Shown in pieces: positions 62,759 to 64,000 of a stretch of DNA of 64,000 bases. Position 1 is the first letter of the stretch, and every line of letters starts with the position of its first letter. The position numbers were made by a program, and so were the translations under genes. The DNA is from Acidobacteriota bacterium (lineage in GTDB: Bacteria; Acidobacteriota; Aminicenantia; Aminicenantales; Saccharicenantaceae). The DNA lies in NCBI GenBank assembly GCA_022711665.1, contig JAKLEN010000005.1, positions 261 to 64,260 on the forward strand, in the 5' to 3' direction. Under the pieces are notes generated by a model, which saw only the letters and a list, made by a program, of their open reading frames with translations, did no database searches and had not been told where the DNA came from.

Positions 62759-63682
62759 CGGATGAGCGCCCGCCCCGCCCCGCCCCGCAAGCCGCGCGAC
62801 CGCCGTCATTGGTACCAGGCCGCCTTCGCCCTGGCCCTCAACGGCTGGATCCCGTCATGGTTCAAGGGCCAGATCTTCCAGGGAGGGATCAAAGGGGTCT
62901 GCCTGCCGGCCCTGAACTGCTATTCCTGCCCCTCGGCCATGGGCGCCTGCCCCATCGGGGCCCTGCAGACGGCCTTCGGCGGCCTGCGCTTCAACCTCTC
63001 CGTCGCCGAGAAGAAGTTCGGGCTTTACGTCGCCGGCTTCATCGCTGCCGTCGGCAGCGCCGTCGGCCGCCTGCCCTGCGGCTGGGTCTGCCCCTTCGGC
63101 TTCTTCCAGGAGCTCGTCCACAAGATCCCTTCGCCCAAGCTCCGCGTGCCGCGCGCCCTGACCTTCCTCCGGTACGCCGTCCTGGCCGTCATGGTCGTGG
63201 CCCTGCCGCTGCTCATCGTCGACGAGGTCGGCTACGGCCAGACCTGGTTCTGCAAGTGGATCTGCCCGGCCGGGACTCTCGAGGCCGGCCTGCCCCTCAT
63301 GCTCATCAAGCCTGATCTCAGGCCCCTTGTCGGCTTCATGTTCAATTGGAAGGTCGGGCTGCTCGTCCTCTTCGTCGCCTGGTTCGTCGTCAGCCGCCGG
63401 CCGTTCTGCCGGACGATCTGCCCGCTCGGCGCGATCTGGGGGCTGTTCAACAAGGTCAGCCTGTTCCGCATGACCGTGGACGACGGGAAGTGCACGCGGT
63501 GCGACAAGTGCCGCAAGGATTGCCCGGTCGATCACAAGATCTACGAGTCGGCCAACTCGCCCGACTGCATCCGCTGCCTGAAGTGCGTCTCGTCCTGCAA
63601 GTTCGGAGCCGTCAGCTACGAATTCCTGGGCAAGACCGAGACCGCCCCGGACCTGCGGGCGGAGCGCCACCCCGAAGGGTGA
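62753..63682 (+). CDS. membrane-bound 4Fe-4S polyferredoxin of the NapH/MauN/CcoG-like family
   Basis: It has four or more TM helices with paired CxxC in the membrane region (GWVCPFGFFQE, CKWICPAG). Two C-terminal ferredoxin motifs are CTRCDKCRKDCP and CIRCLKCVSSC. Confidence 0.75.
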   Translation: MSRMSARPAPPRKPRDRRHWYQAAFALALNGWIPSWFKGQIFQGGIKGVCLPALNCYSCPSAMGACPIGALQTAFGGLRFNLSVAEKKFGLYVAGFIAAVGSAVGRLPCGWVCPFGFFQELVHKIPSPKLRVPRALTFLRYAVLAVMVVALPLLIVDEVGYGQTWFCKWICPAGTLEAGLPLMLIKPDLRPLVGFMFNWKVGLLVLFVAWFVVSRRPFCRTICPLGAIWGLFNKVSLFRMTVDDGKCTRCDKCRKDCPVDHKIYESANSPDCIRCLKCVSSCKFGAVSYEFLGKTETAPDLRAERHPEG

Positions 63683-63738
63683 CAACGCCATTCCTGGCTC
63701 TCGAGGCTTGAGAGCGACACGGCGTTTCCCGGGGATGG

Positions 63739-64000
63739 TTAAAGGGTCTTGACCAGCGCCCCCCAGCGCTTGTCCAGCCTGAAGCCGTGCCGGAGGAAGA
63801 ATCCGGGCAGGTAGAGGTGGGTCATGACCAGGGGCACGCCCTGGCTGGCCATGCGGCCGCAGAAATCCTCGAGCGCCGCCCCGCCCAAGCCGGACGACTT
63901 CAGCCGCGACGTGACGGCTATGACGTCGATCCAGGCCACCCGGTTGGACAGCATCCGGTAGCACAGCCCGCCGACGATCCGCTCCTGGGCGTCCTTGAGG
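63739..64000 (-). CDS. GNAT-family N-acetyltransferase, C-terminal part (the gene start lies beyond the window end)
   Basis: It ends ...GVPLVMTHLYLPGFFLRHGFRL, a typical GNAT C-terminus. The reading frame is open to the window edge. Confidence 0.5.
   Translation of the reverse strand, partial: LKDAQERIVGGLCYRMLSNRVAWIDVIAVTSRLKSSGLGGAALEDFCGRMASQGVPLVMTHLYLPGFFLRHGFRLDKRWGALVKTL

Noticed and set aside
62513-62809. ORFs 62513..62713 (+) and 62594..62809 (-) around the TlpA / NapH junction
   Set aside because: They are out-of-frame overlaps. The small CxxC peptide at 62622..62758 explains the coupled start/stop arrangement better.

Overview
This is a high-GC (~70%) 64-kb segment of a Gram-negative bacterial chromosome with dense coding on both strands. 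The gene content hints at Acidobacteriota, but that is an unverified guess from sequence alone: large TonB-dependent receptors with an N-terminal carboxypeptidase-regulatory-like domain and a C-terminal Phe, MacB-type exporters with split FtsX permeases, and many apparently leaderless promoters. The provided ORF track uses GTG/TTG as alternative starts and takes the longest extension, so many of its long ORFs are antisense or out-of-frame high-GC artefacts. I re-derived each gene start from Shine-Dalgarno sequences, overlaps and homology. I did not list antisense ORFs that sit opposite a well-supported gene.

From start to end the window contains:
- An envelope-stress region: a partial DUF4097 gene, two LiaF-like small membrane proteins, an ECF sigma/anti-sigma pair (minus strand), and a divergent second ECF sigma/anti-sigma pair followed by an HtrA/DegP protease.
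- A SpoU-type RNA methyltransferase and tRNA-Leu(CAA) driven by back-to-back promoters.
- A lipoprotein alpha/beta-hydrolase, and a membrane-bound spermidine-synthase-like protein whose 3' end is supplied by a repeat element.
- Two large TonB-dependent receptors, an OmpA-like coiled-coil protein, and a MacA/FtsX/FtsX/MacB efflux operon.
- An isoprenoid cluster: ispH, a polyprenyl synthase, a PilZ protein, and a squalene/phytoene-synthase-like protein.
- An S15-family hydrolase, and a five-gene envelope-lipid cluster (three SDR epimerase/dehydratases, a CPBP protease, a PAP2 phosphatase).
- A czcCBA-type heavy-metal RND operon with a small Cys/His-rich ORF in front of it, followed by two APC amino-acid permeases.
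- At ~44.9-55.1 kb, the locus I consider most novel. Plus strand: STAS anti-anti-sigma, a TLC-type nucleotide-transporter-like protein fused to HEAT repeats, an FHA-GAF-PP2C phosphatase, and an RsbW-like kinase. Minus strand, abutting it with zero spacing: a four-gene operon encoding three exported proteins with a PI3/PI4-kinase-like catalytic signature (one fused to a PPP-family metallophosphoesterase, two with decayed motifs) and a second TLC-type transporter.
- After that: a DUF1343 (NamZ-like) lipoprotein, a glutamine-synthetase-like gene paired with a URO-D-family gene, a xylulokinase, a small outer-membrane beta-barrel, and a TlpA-like redoxin followed by a tiny CxxC peptide and a NapH/MauN-type polyferredoxin.
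- A ~300-330 bp structured repeat with terminal inverted repeats (MITE-like) is present in three copies at ~5.9, 11.1-11.4 and 56.6 kb.

No rRNA genes, CRISPR arrays or recognisable transposase genes were seen.
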